Source: Promethearchaeota archaeon
GTDB lineage: Archaea; Asgardarchaeota; Lokiarchaeia; Sigyniarchaeales; SOKP01
Assembly (NCBI GenBank): GCA_048941015.1
Contig: JBHLNZ010000007.1
Span: forward strand, 17,731 to 81,730
Direction: 5' to 3'
Length of the DNA: 64,000 nt
The notes under the pieces were generated by a model that saw only the letters and a list, made by a program, of their open reading frames with translations, searched no databases and was not told the origin of the DNA. Below, piece by piece: positions 49,602 through 58,715 of the stretch. Both the position numbers and the translations under genes were made by a program. Position 1 is the stretch's first letter, and the number at the start of each line of letters is the position of its first letter.

Positions 49602-50543
49602 TCAGAATTGAATAGTTTGCAAAAATCCTATTATATTGTCAAAATAGAAAGAATATGTTAGAATCGCAAGTAAAATAGACCCTGCACTTATAATTCCTTT
49701 GTCAAGAAAAACTCGTTCGGGGTTGCGTGCAATTTTAGGTTTAGCTGAGGTTAAATACATGTATCTCATAATGATATAAAGAGAGATGGGGATAGTAAAA
49801 ACTGCAATATATTCATAAAGTTTGATGCTTTCAGGCATAAAGAGATTAAATTTAAAAATTAGATATAAGGAATATGTTATGAATAATGAACCAGAGATCA
49901 TTACATGAAATTGATCCAACAGCTTAAGAGAGTATTGATCATAGACCTTTTTATGCTGTACTGCTTTATCTTTTCCTAAAAGTTGCAGATCTGCTTTCCT
50001 TTTCGCGATACTCAAGAACATTGCCAACTCAAATATTGCTAGAAATAACCAAGCAGAGATATATTCTTCAATAATTATACAACCTGCTAAAGCTCTCCAT
50101 AAATATCCTGTTGATAAAACTAATATATCAATAAAAGCATGAAACTTAAAGAAATGGTTATATAATTGTCCTGTAACAATAATTAAAATTAGCATGTAAA
50201 ACAAATATAGATTTGGTATTAGAAATAAAAATAAAATAATCATAATTAATAAAAGAATTATCAATAATGATATCGCAAAAATGATTGAGATATCACCACT
50301 GGCTAAAGGTTTCTTTTTCAATTTTTCTGGATGTTTTTTATCATATTCAATATCTCTTAAATCATTTATTATATAATTGAAGGAAGAAGCTGAGCACAAC
50401 AAAATAAATCCAATTAATAAAGGTAAATAAAGTTTAAAATCAAATAATCTCTCACTGAAAAAAACTCCAACAAAAATTAAAACATTTTTGTAATATTGCC
50501 TTACCCTTAAAAGATATAAAAGGCTTCTAATTTTTCTCAGCAT
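49602..50543 (-). CDS. UbiA-family prenyltransferase, decaprenyl-phosphate phosphoribosyltransferase-like
   Basis: LRVRQYYKN, YIINDLRDIEYDKKHPEK..KPLASG, RALAG, KRKAD. Confidence 0.85.
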   Translation of the reverse strand: MLRKIRSLLYLLRVRQYYKNVLIFVGVFFSERLFDFKLYLPLLIGFILLCSASSFNYIINDLRDIEYDKKHPEKLKKKPLASGDISIIFAISLLIILLLIMIILFLFLIPNLYLFYMLILIIVTGQLYNHFFKFHAFIDILVLSTGYLWRALAGCIIIEEYISAWLFLAIFELAMFLSIAKRKADLQLLGKDKAVQHKKVYDQYSLKLLDQFHVMISGSLFITYSLYLIFKFNLFMPESIKLYEYIAVFTIPISLYIIMRYMYLTSAKPKIARNPERVFLDKGIISAGSILLAILTYSFYFDNIIGFLQTIQF

Positions 50544-50570
50544 AATAAATACTTAATAAGATCATTAAAG

Positions 50571-53108
50571 TTAAACTTTATTAAGGTAAAATATTTTTTC
50601 TGGTTTGAATTTTCTTAATATTCTATACCCTAACTTACTGATTAAACTTGTTTCAGATTTTCTTTGTATGATTGCTGTATTGAAATCAAAAGATACCAGC
50701 TCTAATGACTTATAACTAATTTCTAATTTTTTACCGAAAATATTTTCTATTGAAATGACAATTTCGTTATTATTATGCACTAATTCTGATTTGTTTGCAT
50801 TCATATTTTTAGATCTGATGTCTTGAATATAACCAATTTCAAGATTATTAACGGGTTTTTTCAAAAATAGGAATGTACGTAATTTTTTCTTTTTTAACCA
50901 GTGAATAATATTTAATTCAGATTCTCTAAAAATTTTATTTTTAGTTATTGAGAAGTAAATATTTTTAGGACGAATTATTATATCTTTGAATTTTAATATG
51001 TAATTACTATTCTCTTTTGGGTTCAGTAGTTCAATTACAGACTCATTTAAATTATCGCTGATTTTAACATTGATACATATATAAATCTCTAGTCTACCTT
51101 TCACTTTTAGAAATATCTCATTATTAACGTACTCTTTTACAGTATCTATGGAATTTGATAATTTTGTCTTTCTAATTCGCTTAAAAATTAATTTTTTTTT
51201 ATTATCAAGAAAAATGAGTTTACCTTCTGTATTATCATTGAATAGTTCTATATCTTTCAGGATTAGAGGATTATCTTTTTTGAAAAAATATTTCTTGTTT
51301 AAACTTATTGGATATCTATTAAAAAGTGAAGAATTAAGCACTTTTTCATTTTTATTTTTAGTATCAAATATTAAAAATTGGTCAATATCACAAATGTCGT
51401 CACTATATTGGATTTCTTCAAACTTTCCTATTATTAATTCATCTGTAATTTTATTACGAAAAAGATAATCTTTATTTAAATCAAATTGGAAAAGTTCATC
51501 CCTTCTTAGAGTTTTCATTAATGTAGAAATATTATTAATATTAAAATATTCTTTAAATTTAGTGTTTGCAATTTGTTTGAACAAATTACGCGCATTTTCG
51601 AATTTCTTCGCATACTTTTTTTGAACTGATCTTCTTAGGCAAAAAAAAGGTAATAAAGCTTCTTTAGTAGGTTTTAATTTATCATCTAGAATTGCTGCAA
51701 CTCTGTGATAACTTGGAGGATGCGAATTGATTATATTACCAATTAAAGAAGTTCTTGATGGTTTTATCATTGATAAGTAAATATATTCTGCTGTGTCTTT
51801 ATAATTAAGCAATTGATTATCTTTATTTATTTTCTCATTACATAAAAGCATAGTATTTAAACCAATTTCACGTCCTGAAGCATAAAAGCTTTCCAAATTA
51901 TAAAGAGCTTTCACGAGTTCATTTCCTAATCCAGCATTTTTAGCCCTTAAATCTGCTTTTCCTTCAAGAATTCTAACAAAAATAAAAATTAAGATATAGA
52001 TTCCAATATTTAAAAAAATAAAATAAACTAAAGGAATTTTAGGATTACCAAAAGTATAATCATAATATGTTGCGGGAATTCCTAGAAACATTCTTATCAG
52101 TAAATCTAGTGAGGTTATAAAAGTTAAAATTAGCGTATGTTTTCCTTTTGTATGAGATAATTCATGAGCTATTATCCCTTTTAGCTCTTCGTCGGGTATC
52201 TCGCTAATATTTTCAGCAATAATTGCTATTCTTTTATCAAAAAAAGAACCATAAGCCATAGCGTTCAATATAGGATATTTTCCGTAGCCAATTTTGACCT
52301 TACCTCTTATACCAATTAGTTCTTTAATTTCAGATACTAATTTTAATAATTTTTTATCTTTAACTCGTTTAATGCCTAATAATTTATCCAAAATTGGACC
52401 AGATATGAAATATATAACCCAGTTGGTAAATATTAAAATTATATAGATGTTTAATAACAATTCTAATAAATTAAGACTTAAAATATCAGTTTGATTAAAA
52501 TTGTAAAAATTTATTGGAGTATATTGATTTAAAAATACTACTGCTATCCAAGCTATTATATACAGAAAGAGAGTTAAATATTCTGGTGATAAAAATCTCC
52601 AAACAATAATATATTTCCTGCCAAATAATATAAATCCTAAACCCAGTATTATCCAGAAGGAAAAAGCAAAGGAGGTATTTAATACAAGAGGATTCCTTAA
52701 ATAATTTGAAATTATTCCAGATATAAAGATTACATTATATGTTATTAGTGAGATTATTAATAATTTGTTAATTACTTCATATTCCTTTAATTCTATTATA
52801 GCAAACCACATGTAAATCGAAAAAGCACCCATTATTGATGTTAATAAATCTTTAGAAAAAAATAAGATGAGAAAGAAAAAGAAGAATATTGCGACAAAAT
52901 CACTTAATTCGCTCCGTTTACCGTTTTTAGCCCAACGATAAAATTCTTCTATTGAAAAAATATAAAGTAGACATGTGATTAAAAATGTCCAATCTAGAAT
53001 AATCTCGAATATATTATTTGAAAAAAACAAAACCAACCAAAAAAAAATCCCTAATAATGAAATGATTAAAAACAAGAAAAAAAGGAAGTATCTTTTGAAT
53101 GTATTCAA
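50571..53108 (-). CDS. large M48 (HtpX/Ste24-like) membrane zinc metalloprotease
   Basis: LNAMAYG, GIIAHELSH, EGKAD, SHPP; many N-terminal TMs and a long C-terminal soluble region. Confidence 0.85.
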   Translation of the reverse strand: MNTFKRYFLFFLFLIISLLGIFFWLVLFFSNNIFEIILDWTFLITCLLYIFSIEEFYRWAKNGKRSELSDFVAIFFFFFLILFFSKDLLTSIMGAFSIYMWFAIIELKEYEVINKLLIISLITYNVIFISGIISNYLRNPLVLNTSFAFSFWIILGLGFILFGRKYIIVWRFLSPEYLTLFLYIIAWIAVVFLNQYTPINFYNFNQTDILSLNLLELLLNIYIILIFTNWVIYFISGPILDKLLGIKRVKDKKLLKLVSEIKELIGIRGKVKIGYGKYPILNAMAYGSFFDKRIAIIAENISEIPDEELKGIIAHELSHTKGKHTLILTFITSLDLLIRMFLGIPATYYDYTFGNPKIPLVYFIFLNIGIYILIFIFVRILEGKADLRAKNAGLGNELVKALYNLESFYASGREIGLNTMLLCNEKINKDNQLLNYKDTAEYIYLSMIKPSRTSLIGNIINSHPPSYHRVAAILDDKLKPTKEALLPFFCLRRSVQKKYAKKFENARNLFKQIANTKFKEYFNINNISTLMKTLRRDELFQFDLNKDYLFRNKITDELIIGKFEEIQYSDDICDIDQFLIFDTKNKNEKVLNSSLFNRYPISLNKKYFFKKDNPLILKDIELFNDNTEGKLIFLDNKKKLIFKRIRKTKLSNSIDTVKEYVNNEIFLKVKGRLEIYICINVKISDNLNESVIELLNPKENSNYILKFKDIIIRPKNIYFSITKNKIFRESELNIIHWLKKKKLRTFLFLKKPVNNLEIGYIQDIRSKNMNANKSELVHNNNEIVISIENIFGKKLEISYKSLELVSFDFNTAIIQRKSETSLISKLGYRILRKFKPEKIFYLNKV

Positions 53109-53157
53109 TTAAAAAACCATTTTATTCCAATTTTATTAATTAAATAGATAAAAATAA

Positions 53158-53259
53158 TAGCCCGGCACGGATTTTCGATAAGTAAGTTATCTTACAAATA
53201 TTCGAACCGTGGTCACGGGGTTCAAGGCCCCATATGCTTGGCCGCTACACCACCGGGCT
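53158..53259 (-). tRNA. tRNA-Gln (anticodon UUG) with 29-nt intron at 59/60
   Basis: Acceptor AGCCCGG/CCGGGCT (A1-U72), D-arm GTGTAGCGGCCAAGCAT, anticodon arm TGGGG-CCTTGAA-CCCCG, T-arm CACGG-TTCGAA^T-CCGTG, discriminator A; 73 nt after splicing, CCA not encoded. Confidence 0.92.
53172..53200 (-). other. bulge-helix-bulge tRNA intron
   Basis: TATTTGTAAGATAACTTACTTATCGAAAA; central helix TTCG/CGAA flanked by two AAT bulges, internal GTAAG/CTTAC hairpin. Confidence 0.88.
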
Positions 53260-53284
53260 ATAGTTATACTTTCAGTAATATTCA

Positions 53285-53292
53285 TATTTAAA
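53285..53292 (-). promoter_or_regulatory. candidate TATA box for tRNA-Gln
   Basis: TTTAAATA 26-33 nt upstream of the mature 5' end, overlapping the trm112 stop codon; AT-rich background limits specificity. Confidence 0.4.
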
Positions 53293-53911
53293 TATTAAAA
53301 GGCTTTAAATCTTGGTTAATAAATTTGTCATCTATTAAATGTTTATTGTTTTTTAAAAATTCCACGTCTTCCCTTTCATTTCTATATTCATCTGGAAGCA
53401 TTTGTGGGATAGTATCAATAATAGGATACCATCGATTACATGTTGTACAAAAGAGAATGCCTGACCTTATTTCTGTCTCCATCTTAATTTTATTAAGAAA
53501 ATAAATATCGGGTAATATATTTTCAAAATAATTTACATTTTGTGATTCTATAGCTTTTGTAATATTTTCTTTGATATTTGATGTAATTATTGTAAAACAT
53601 TTTTTAATTAAGTTATCAACCGCATCAAGATTTATGTTTTTTATCTCATTAATACTAGTTACTATATGTTTTAAATATGAGTTAATCGGTTTCCTTTCGA
53701 GAATAATGTTATCCCTAACAAGAATTTGATCTCCTTCTTTAATTATATCAATTATTTTTTCTTCTTTAATGGAATCTATTTCTTTTCTTTCATATATATT
53801 TAAGATTTTTTGAAAATGGTCTAATTCAGTTTCAAAAGAAAAGATATATAATTTTAAAGGGAAATGTTTGTCGATCGGGCATGCCAAAATATCAAATAAC
53901 CAAGGTTTCAT
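53288..53911 (-). CDS. trm112: Trm112-family methyltransferase activator with long central insertion
   Basis: LFDILACPIDKHFPL ... GILFCTTCNRWYPIIDTIPQMLPDE. Confidence 0.85.
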   Translation of the reverse strand: MKPWLFDILACPIDKHFPLKLYIFSFETELDHFQKILNIYERKEIDSIKEEKIIDIIKEGDQILVRDNIILERKPINSYLKHIVTSINEIKNINLDAVDNLIKKCFTIITSNIKENITKAIESQNVNYFENILPDIYFLNKIKMETEIRSGILFCTTCNRWYPIIDTIPQMLPDEYRNEREDVEFLKNNKHLIDDKFINQDLKPFNI

Positions 53912-53930
53912 GATATTAATAAAAAATAGA

Positions 53931-55811
53931 TTATAATAAATAACTTCTTAATTGTTGGATATATTTATCAATAGTTCTATCAATTTTTTTTCTTCTATTA
54001 AAGAAATCGTTTGAGAGTTTCTGATATGCAGCTTTTGAGGGTAATTTACCTCTCTTATATCTACTTTCTAAAAGACTTAAGCTATCATTTATACTTGTTC
54101 GCTCGGCGTCTAATACATCCAATTTCTTTATAATACCCCCAAAAACTTCACTTGTTTGGTTTAAAGTTTGTTTAAATGGAATAATTTCTTGTTTAATTTG
54201 CTCTATCTTCGAAATATTTTTACTAATAATATTCTTTAATTGCTTTTTAGCCACCTTTTTATGTTTTGCATCTTCCTCAGTCTTTCGAATTTCAAGTATC
54301 AAAGCATTCATTTCTTCATATAAATAGCAAAATTCTCTGATTTCGTTAACTGGGATTGACTCTTTTTTAAAGATAGTTGGCCCTTCAATTTTTCTTCTTG
54401 TTTTTGTAATGATAATATAAACAGCTGAGATTATTGATATGATTAACATTATTGTTAATGGTCTTAAGAGTAAATTAAATAAATCTACTGAAAAAGTAAG
54501 CTGTAATTCATAATTTTCGGTGGGAATAACATAGTTAGATTCATATACTATTATTTTAGCATCTTGTGACTCTTCAATTGCATTTGGTGGATTTGAGTAA
54601 AAACTTACCCTGTTACAACCTTCAATTATGATTTTTGTTACTTGATTTTTTCCTAAATAGTCATATTTAGTTGTAAAAATATCCATTTGAATTGAATCTT
54701 GAAACCAATTTGTTGAGGAATATTTTTCAAATGGTAAATAATATTCAACAATGAACCTAAATTTTGATCCAGGGGTTAGTAAAGCGCGATTATCTGTTAA
54801 TTTTATCGATAATTGTTGATAATTTGGATCATCATCGTATTGGATCAATGTTGCTCCGGATAGTTGGCCAAGTTCATCATACACATCTACATTTTTTGCA
54901 TCTTCTGGAACTCTAAGAAAGAAATATTCAATATTAATTACTCCATCGTTCTTAATTAAAAATTCTTCTTTAACTTTTATTACTCCCCATGGAGAAATAA
55001 TTATATCTCGATTGATTCCTTCCATATCCATGCGAGTAAATCGGATCCTATTCTGGGTTGTTGGATCCTCCTGATTATCCTGAAACGTTATTGTTATCTC
55101 CTTATGATCATCATCGATATTAGCAAGATATGGTTCTATAAAATTTATGCTAGGATCTCCTGAAATATCATATTGCACACCTATACCAGTATCAACTCCC
55201 ATTTCTCCAACTTTTTCAAATTCGACTTCTGTCGAATCTTCAGTCACGAAAAGAGCTTTTACAACACCTATTGATTTATATGGAAATATTGGAAATAGGT
55301 AGCCTGTAAAATTTATTACTTGTTCTGTTGCTTGTATTTCATAACTTACCTGGTTTTGATATGAATGGAAGAAATGAACGAGTCGCGTTTGTTGTGGTAA
55401 TAAAGGTGTATCAAAATAGATTGCAATCATTTCATAGTCATTCATTACAAAATACGACCTTTCAGTTATCAATGTGTTTTGTGTATCACCAGTTGCTTTG
55501 AAAAATAGAAGATCATCTGAATTTTTTAATGGAATTCCTATAAAAATAGAATTAATGGGGTTATTATTTTCATTTGAAACAGTAAAAGTATCTTCAAAAA
55601 TAACGAAGCCATACTTTAAAATATTGACATTTCGATCAGGGTCAATAATTATTATATTTTCTGTTCCTTCTAAACTGGCAGAAATTTTAGGAATTCTAAT
55701 GTTTTCATTGTTAAATTCGTTTAAATTTGTTGGAAATCTGAAAAATGACAAAATTATTAAGATTAACAAAAAACTTATAAGAAATAGAAGCAAATTTCTC
55801 TTTTTTATCAT
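53931..55811 (-). CDS. ribophorin I (OST1/RPN1)-like protein
   Basis: N-terminal signal/TM, two beta-rich luminal domains, RDIIISPWGVIKVKEEF.IKN.G, YDELG, single TM, cytoplasmic helical bundle. Confidence 0.8.
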   Translation of the reverse strand: MIKKRNLLLFLISFLLILIILSFFRFPTNLNEFNNENIRIPKISASLEGTENIIIIDPDRNVNILKYGFVIFEDTFTVSNENNNPINSIFIGIPLKNSDDLLFFKATGDTQNTLITERSYFVMNDYEMIAIYFDTPLLPQQTRLVHFFHSYQNQVSYEIQATEQVINFTGYLFPIFPYKSIGVVKALFVTEDSTEVEFEKVGEMGVDTGIGVQYDISGDPSINFIEPYLANIDDDHKEITITFQDNQEDPTTQNRIRFTRMDMEGINRDIIISPWGVIKVKEEFLIKNDGVINIEYFFLRVPEDAKNVDVYDELGQLSGATLIQYDDDPNYQQLSIKLTDNRALLTPGSKFRFIVEYYLPFEKYSSTNWFQDSIQMDIFTTKYDYLGKNQVTKIIIEGCNRVSFYSNPPNAIEESQDAKIIVYESNYVIPTENYELQLTFSVDLFNLLLRPLTIMLIISIISAVYIIITKTRRKIEGPTIFKKESIPVNEIREFCYLYEEMNALILEIRKTEEDAKHKKVAKKQLKNIISKNISKIEQIKQEIIPFKQTLNQTSEVFGGIIKKLDVLDAERTSINDSLSLLESRYKRGKLPSKAAYQKLSNDFFNRRKKIDRTIDKYIQQLRSYLL

Positions 55812-55958
55812 ATTTTTTACTATCTCATACGTAAATTATCTAAGAATAATTAAAACAATTAATAAAGATTTTTCAAATTTTTGATAATATTTCGAGATAA
55901 ACCTAAATATAAATGATAATTTAAATAATTATAAAATAAAAATTAAGAAGAGTCTATA

Positions 55959-56180
55959 ATGTCATCTAGACGAACACAATCAAGAAGGAAGAAAAGAAGA
56001 GGCGGTAATGCTCCAATGCCCCTAGGTGGAGCAGGATTAATGAGATTTTTTGAGGATAGTTCCATAGGAATAAAATTAGGTCCAATTAGTGCCATGATTA
56101 TCTCATTAGCATTGATTTTGATTGTGATTTTTGCCCATATAGGTATATTTGATTGGATCTTTACACCGGGAGCAGTATAA
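55959..56180 (+). CDS. preprotein translocase subunit Sec61-beta
   Basis: Basic N-terminus, AGLMRFFED...IKLGP + single TM ending in H. Confidence 0.92.
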   Translation: MSSRRTQSRRKKRRGGNAPMPLGGAGLMRFFEDSSIGIKLGPISAMIISLALILIVIFAHIGIFDWIFTPGAV

Positions 56181-56228
56181 CTTAATTATTTATTTTTTTA
56201 TTTAAACTTCAAACAGCTTTATTGCATA

Positions 56229-56543
56229 ATGAAGATATCTGAGTTTCAAGAATTAATAAAAGAAATTTATTTCCATCAAGATAAAGAAAGAGGGATTAAG
56301 GGTACTTTTATTTGGTTAGTAGAAGAAGTGGGAGAATTAGCACGGATTATTAAAAACCAAAGAATTGATATAAGAAAGGCATCTGAAGAAATTGCTGATA
56401 TTTATGCTTGGATTAATTCAATTGCTAACCTCTTAGAAATAGATATGGAATCAATTTTGAAAGATAAGTATCCGGATAAGTGTATCCGATGTGGTTTGAA
56501 ACCTTGCCAATGTGATTTACTGAGAGATAATAGAAAAATCTAA
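56229..56543 (+). CDS. MazG-like nucleotide pyrophosphohydrolase
   Basis: WLVEEVGELAR, EEIADIYAW, C-terminal CxxC..PCxC. Confidence 0.9.
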   Translation: MKISEFQELIKEIYFHQDKERGIKGTFIWLVEEVGELARIIKNQRIDIRKASEEIADIYAWINSIANLLEIDMESILKDKYPDKCIRCGLKPCQCDLLRDNRKI

Positions 56544-56749
56544 TATTAGATTATTAAAAGAAAACAATTATATTTAATTTTGGTATTCTATTATATTTTA
56601 AGGAAAATAGAATTAATTTTTCTTGTAAATATTCTTAAAAAGTAATCGAAAGATAGATACAGATAATAGAACATAATATTTAGTTTAAGTGAATATTAAT
56701 TAACTTAATATTTTTTACATAAATATCTTAGAATAAACTTATTATCGGA

Positions 56750-57499
56750 TTGAAATTGACAAAGGAAAAACAGAATTTTTCAGACATTCACTCTGAAGCA
56801 GAAGTTGATAAAAATGCATTTATTGATACCTTTACTATAATTGGAAAAGGAGTTAAAATAGAGAAAAATGTTTACATTTCAAGAGGTACAAAAATATATG
56901 GGAAAACTTACATTGATGAAGAGACATATATCGGTGAAAATTGTATTATTGGACATCCGCAAAGAAATTTGTTAGTTAGTATAATCAATAGCAAACAACA
57001 ATGTAGTAATCTAGAAAGCCCGCAAACAATAATAGGCAAGAAATGTATCATTAGGGCTGGTTCAATCATATATTCAGAAGTTATTATGGGGAACATTTGC
57101 CAAACGGGGCATAGTGTTTTGATAAGAGAGAAAACGAAGATTGGAAATAATACTTTAATCGGTACTAATACTGTTATTGATGGAAATGTATCGATTGGAT
57201 CTAATGTAAGTATTCAAACTGGAGTCTATATCCCATTATATTCGAATGTTGGAAATAATGTATTTATGGGACCCTATTGTAAATTAACAAATGATAAATA
57301 TATGATGCGTAAACCTTATGATTTGAAAGGTGTTAATATTGAAGATAATGTTTCTTTAGGTGCAAATTCGGTAATATTACCGGGGATAACTTTAAAAAAA
57401 GGGACAGTTGTGGGTGCTGGAGCCATAGTAACAAGAGATACAGATGAAAATGATGTAATTATAGGTAATTCTGGGAAATTTTTAAGAAAATTTAGCTAG
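56750..57499 (+). CDS. hexapeptide-repeat N-acetyltransferase (nucleotide-sugar, WbpD-like)
   Basis: Left-handed beta-helix repeats, TGHSVLIRE, TNDKY, GANSVILPG, GAGAIVTRD. Confidence 0.85.
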   Translation: MKLTKEKQNFSDIHSEAEVDKNAFIDTFTIIGKGVKIEKNVYISRGTKIYGKTYIDEETYIGENCIIGHPQRNLLVSIINSKQQCSNLESPQTIIGKKCIIRAGSIIYSEVIMGNICQTGHSVLIREKTKIGNNTLIGTNTVIDGNVSIGSNVSIQTGVYIPLYSNVGNNVFMGPYCKLTNDKYMMRKPYDLKGVNIEDNVSLGANSVILPGITLKKGTVVGAGAIVTRDTDENDVIIGNSGKFLRKFS

Positions 57500-57543
57500 A
57501 GAAGAATATAGAGAACAAAAAATAGGAAAAAGAAATATCTATT

Positions 57544-58647
57544 ATGAGTTTTTTTAAAAGAAGAATTTGGATTGACATTGAAGAACCTAAAACGGCAATA
57601 ATGTTCAATTCTCTTATCAAAAAGTTTCGCAATGAAGGAGCAAGTCTTCTTATAACAGCTAGAGATTACGATTCTACTTTTCAAATCTTAGAAGACTTAA
57701 ATATTGAATATATTCAAGTTGGAAAGCATGGAGGAGATAAACTTAAGGATAAATTAAAAACTTATATTGATCGATTAAGTGAATTGTATCCTTATGTTAT
57801 TAAATTCAAACCAGAATTCTTTTTGACCTTTTCATCTTTAGAAGGGGTTAGAATATCCTATGGATTAAATATACCATCTATCGGTTACAATGATGAGCCA
57901 AGAAACGTACCTGTCTGTAAATTATTATTCCCCTTCCTAGATCAAATAATAACACCAAAATGTGTACCGATTGAGTGGTATATGAAACTTCATGCAGATA
58001 AAGAAAAGTTGATAAGATATAATGGAATTGATGAAATAGGCTGGTTATCAGAATATAAACCTAATCCTAACATTCTTAAAAAGTATGATCTAGAAAAAGG
58101 AAAATTTGTTATTATTAGAAGTGAACCTAGTTTTGCGAGTTATTTCTTAAATACTCTTAAACCAGAAAAAACCCTAATCTCAGAATTCTTTCCTCTCATT
58201 TTCAAGGAGTTTCCTGATCTAAAATATTTAATCATTTTAAGAACAGATAAACAAGAAAATTATCTTAAGTCTATGTTAAAAAACTATATTAATAATCAAA
58301 ATGTAATAATTACTCAATTTTTACCAAATATGAGTGATTTTTGTTTCTATGCTTCGCTTGTTATAAGTGGAGGAGGGACAATTGTCCGCGAATCAAGTTT
58401 ATTAAATGTTCCTAGTATTGAGTTTTTTCCTGGAGAGACTGCACCACAAGAACACTTTTTAATGGATAATGGTTTTCCATTAGTTCATATAAAGCAAAGC
58501 GATGAAATCGGAAAAAAAGCGACCGAAATATTATCATTAAAACATAAACCAGAGAGGTTTTCTCTTTCCTTTAAAGAGAAAATTAAGAATTTCGAAAACC
58601 CTAATGATATATGCTACAAAATCATAGAAGAGAAACTAACAAGATAA
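57544..58647 (+). CDS. DUF354 family GT-B fold protein
   Basis: IWIDI, ITARDY, VGKHGG, YNGIDE, IRSEP, SGGGTIVRES. Confidence 0.85.
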   Translation: MSFFKRRIWIDIEEPKTAIMFNSLIKKFRNEGASLLITARDYDSTFQILEDLNIEYIQVGKHGGDKLKDKLKTYIDRLSELYPYVIKFKPEFFLTFSSLEGVRISYGLNIPSIGYNDEPRNVPVCKLLFPFLDQIITPKCVPIEWYMKLHADKEKLIRYNGIDEIGWLSEYKPNPNILKKYDLEKGKFVIIRSEPSFASYFLNTLKPEKTLISEFFPLIFKEFPDLKYLIILRTDKQENYLKSMLKNYINNQNVIITQFLPNMSDFCFYASLVISGGGTIVRESSLLNVPSIEFFPGETAPQEHFLMDNGFPLVHIKQSDEIGKKATEILSLKHKPERFSLSFKEKIKNFENPNDICYKIIEEKLTR

Positions 58648-58715
58648 ATTTTTTATTACAATTTTTTTTGATTCTGGACACTATTGATTCAGATTGAACT
58701 AAAAAATTGATAGTT

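Noticed and set aside
53210-53236. Plus-strand GGGG-TTCAAGG-CCCC hairpin containing TCA, suggestive of tRNA-Sec given selB
   Set aside because: It is the reverse complement of the tRNA-Gln anticodon arm; TCA is off-centre in the loop and there is no long variable arm or plus-strand cloverleaf
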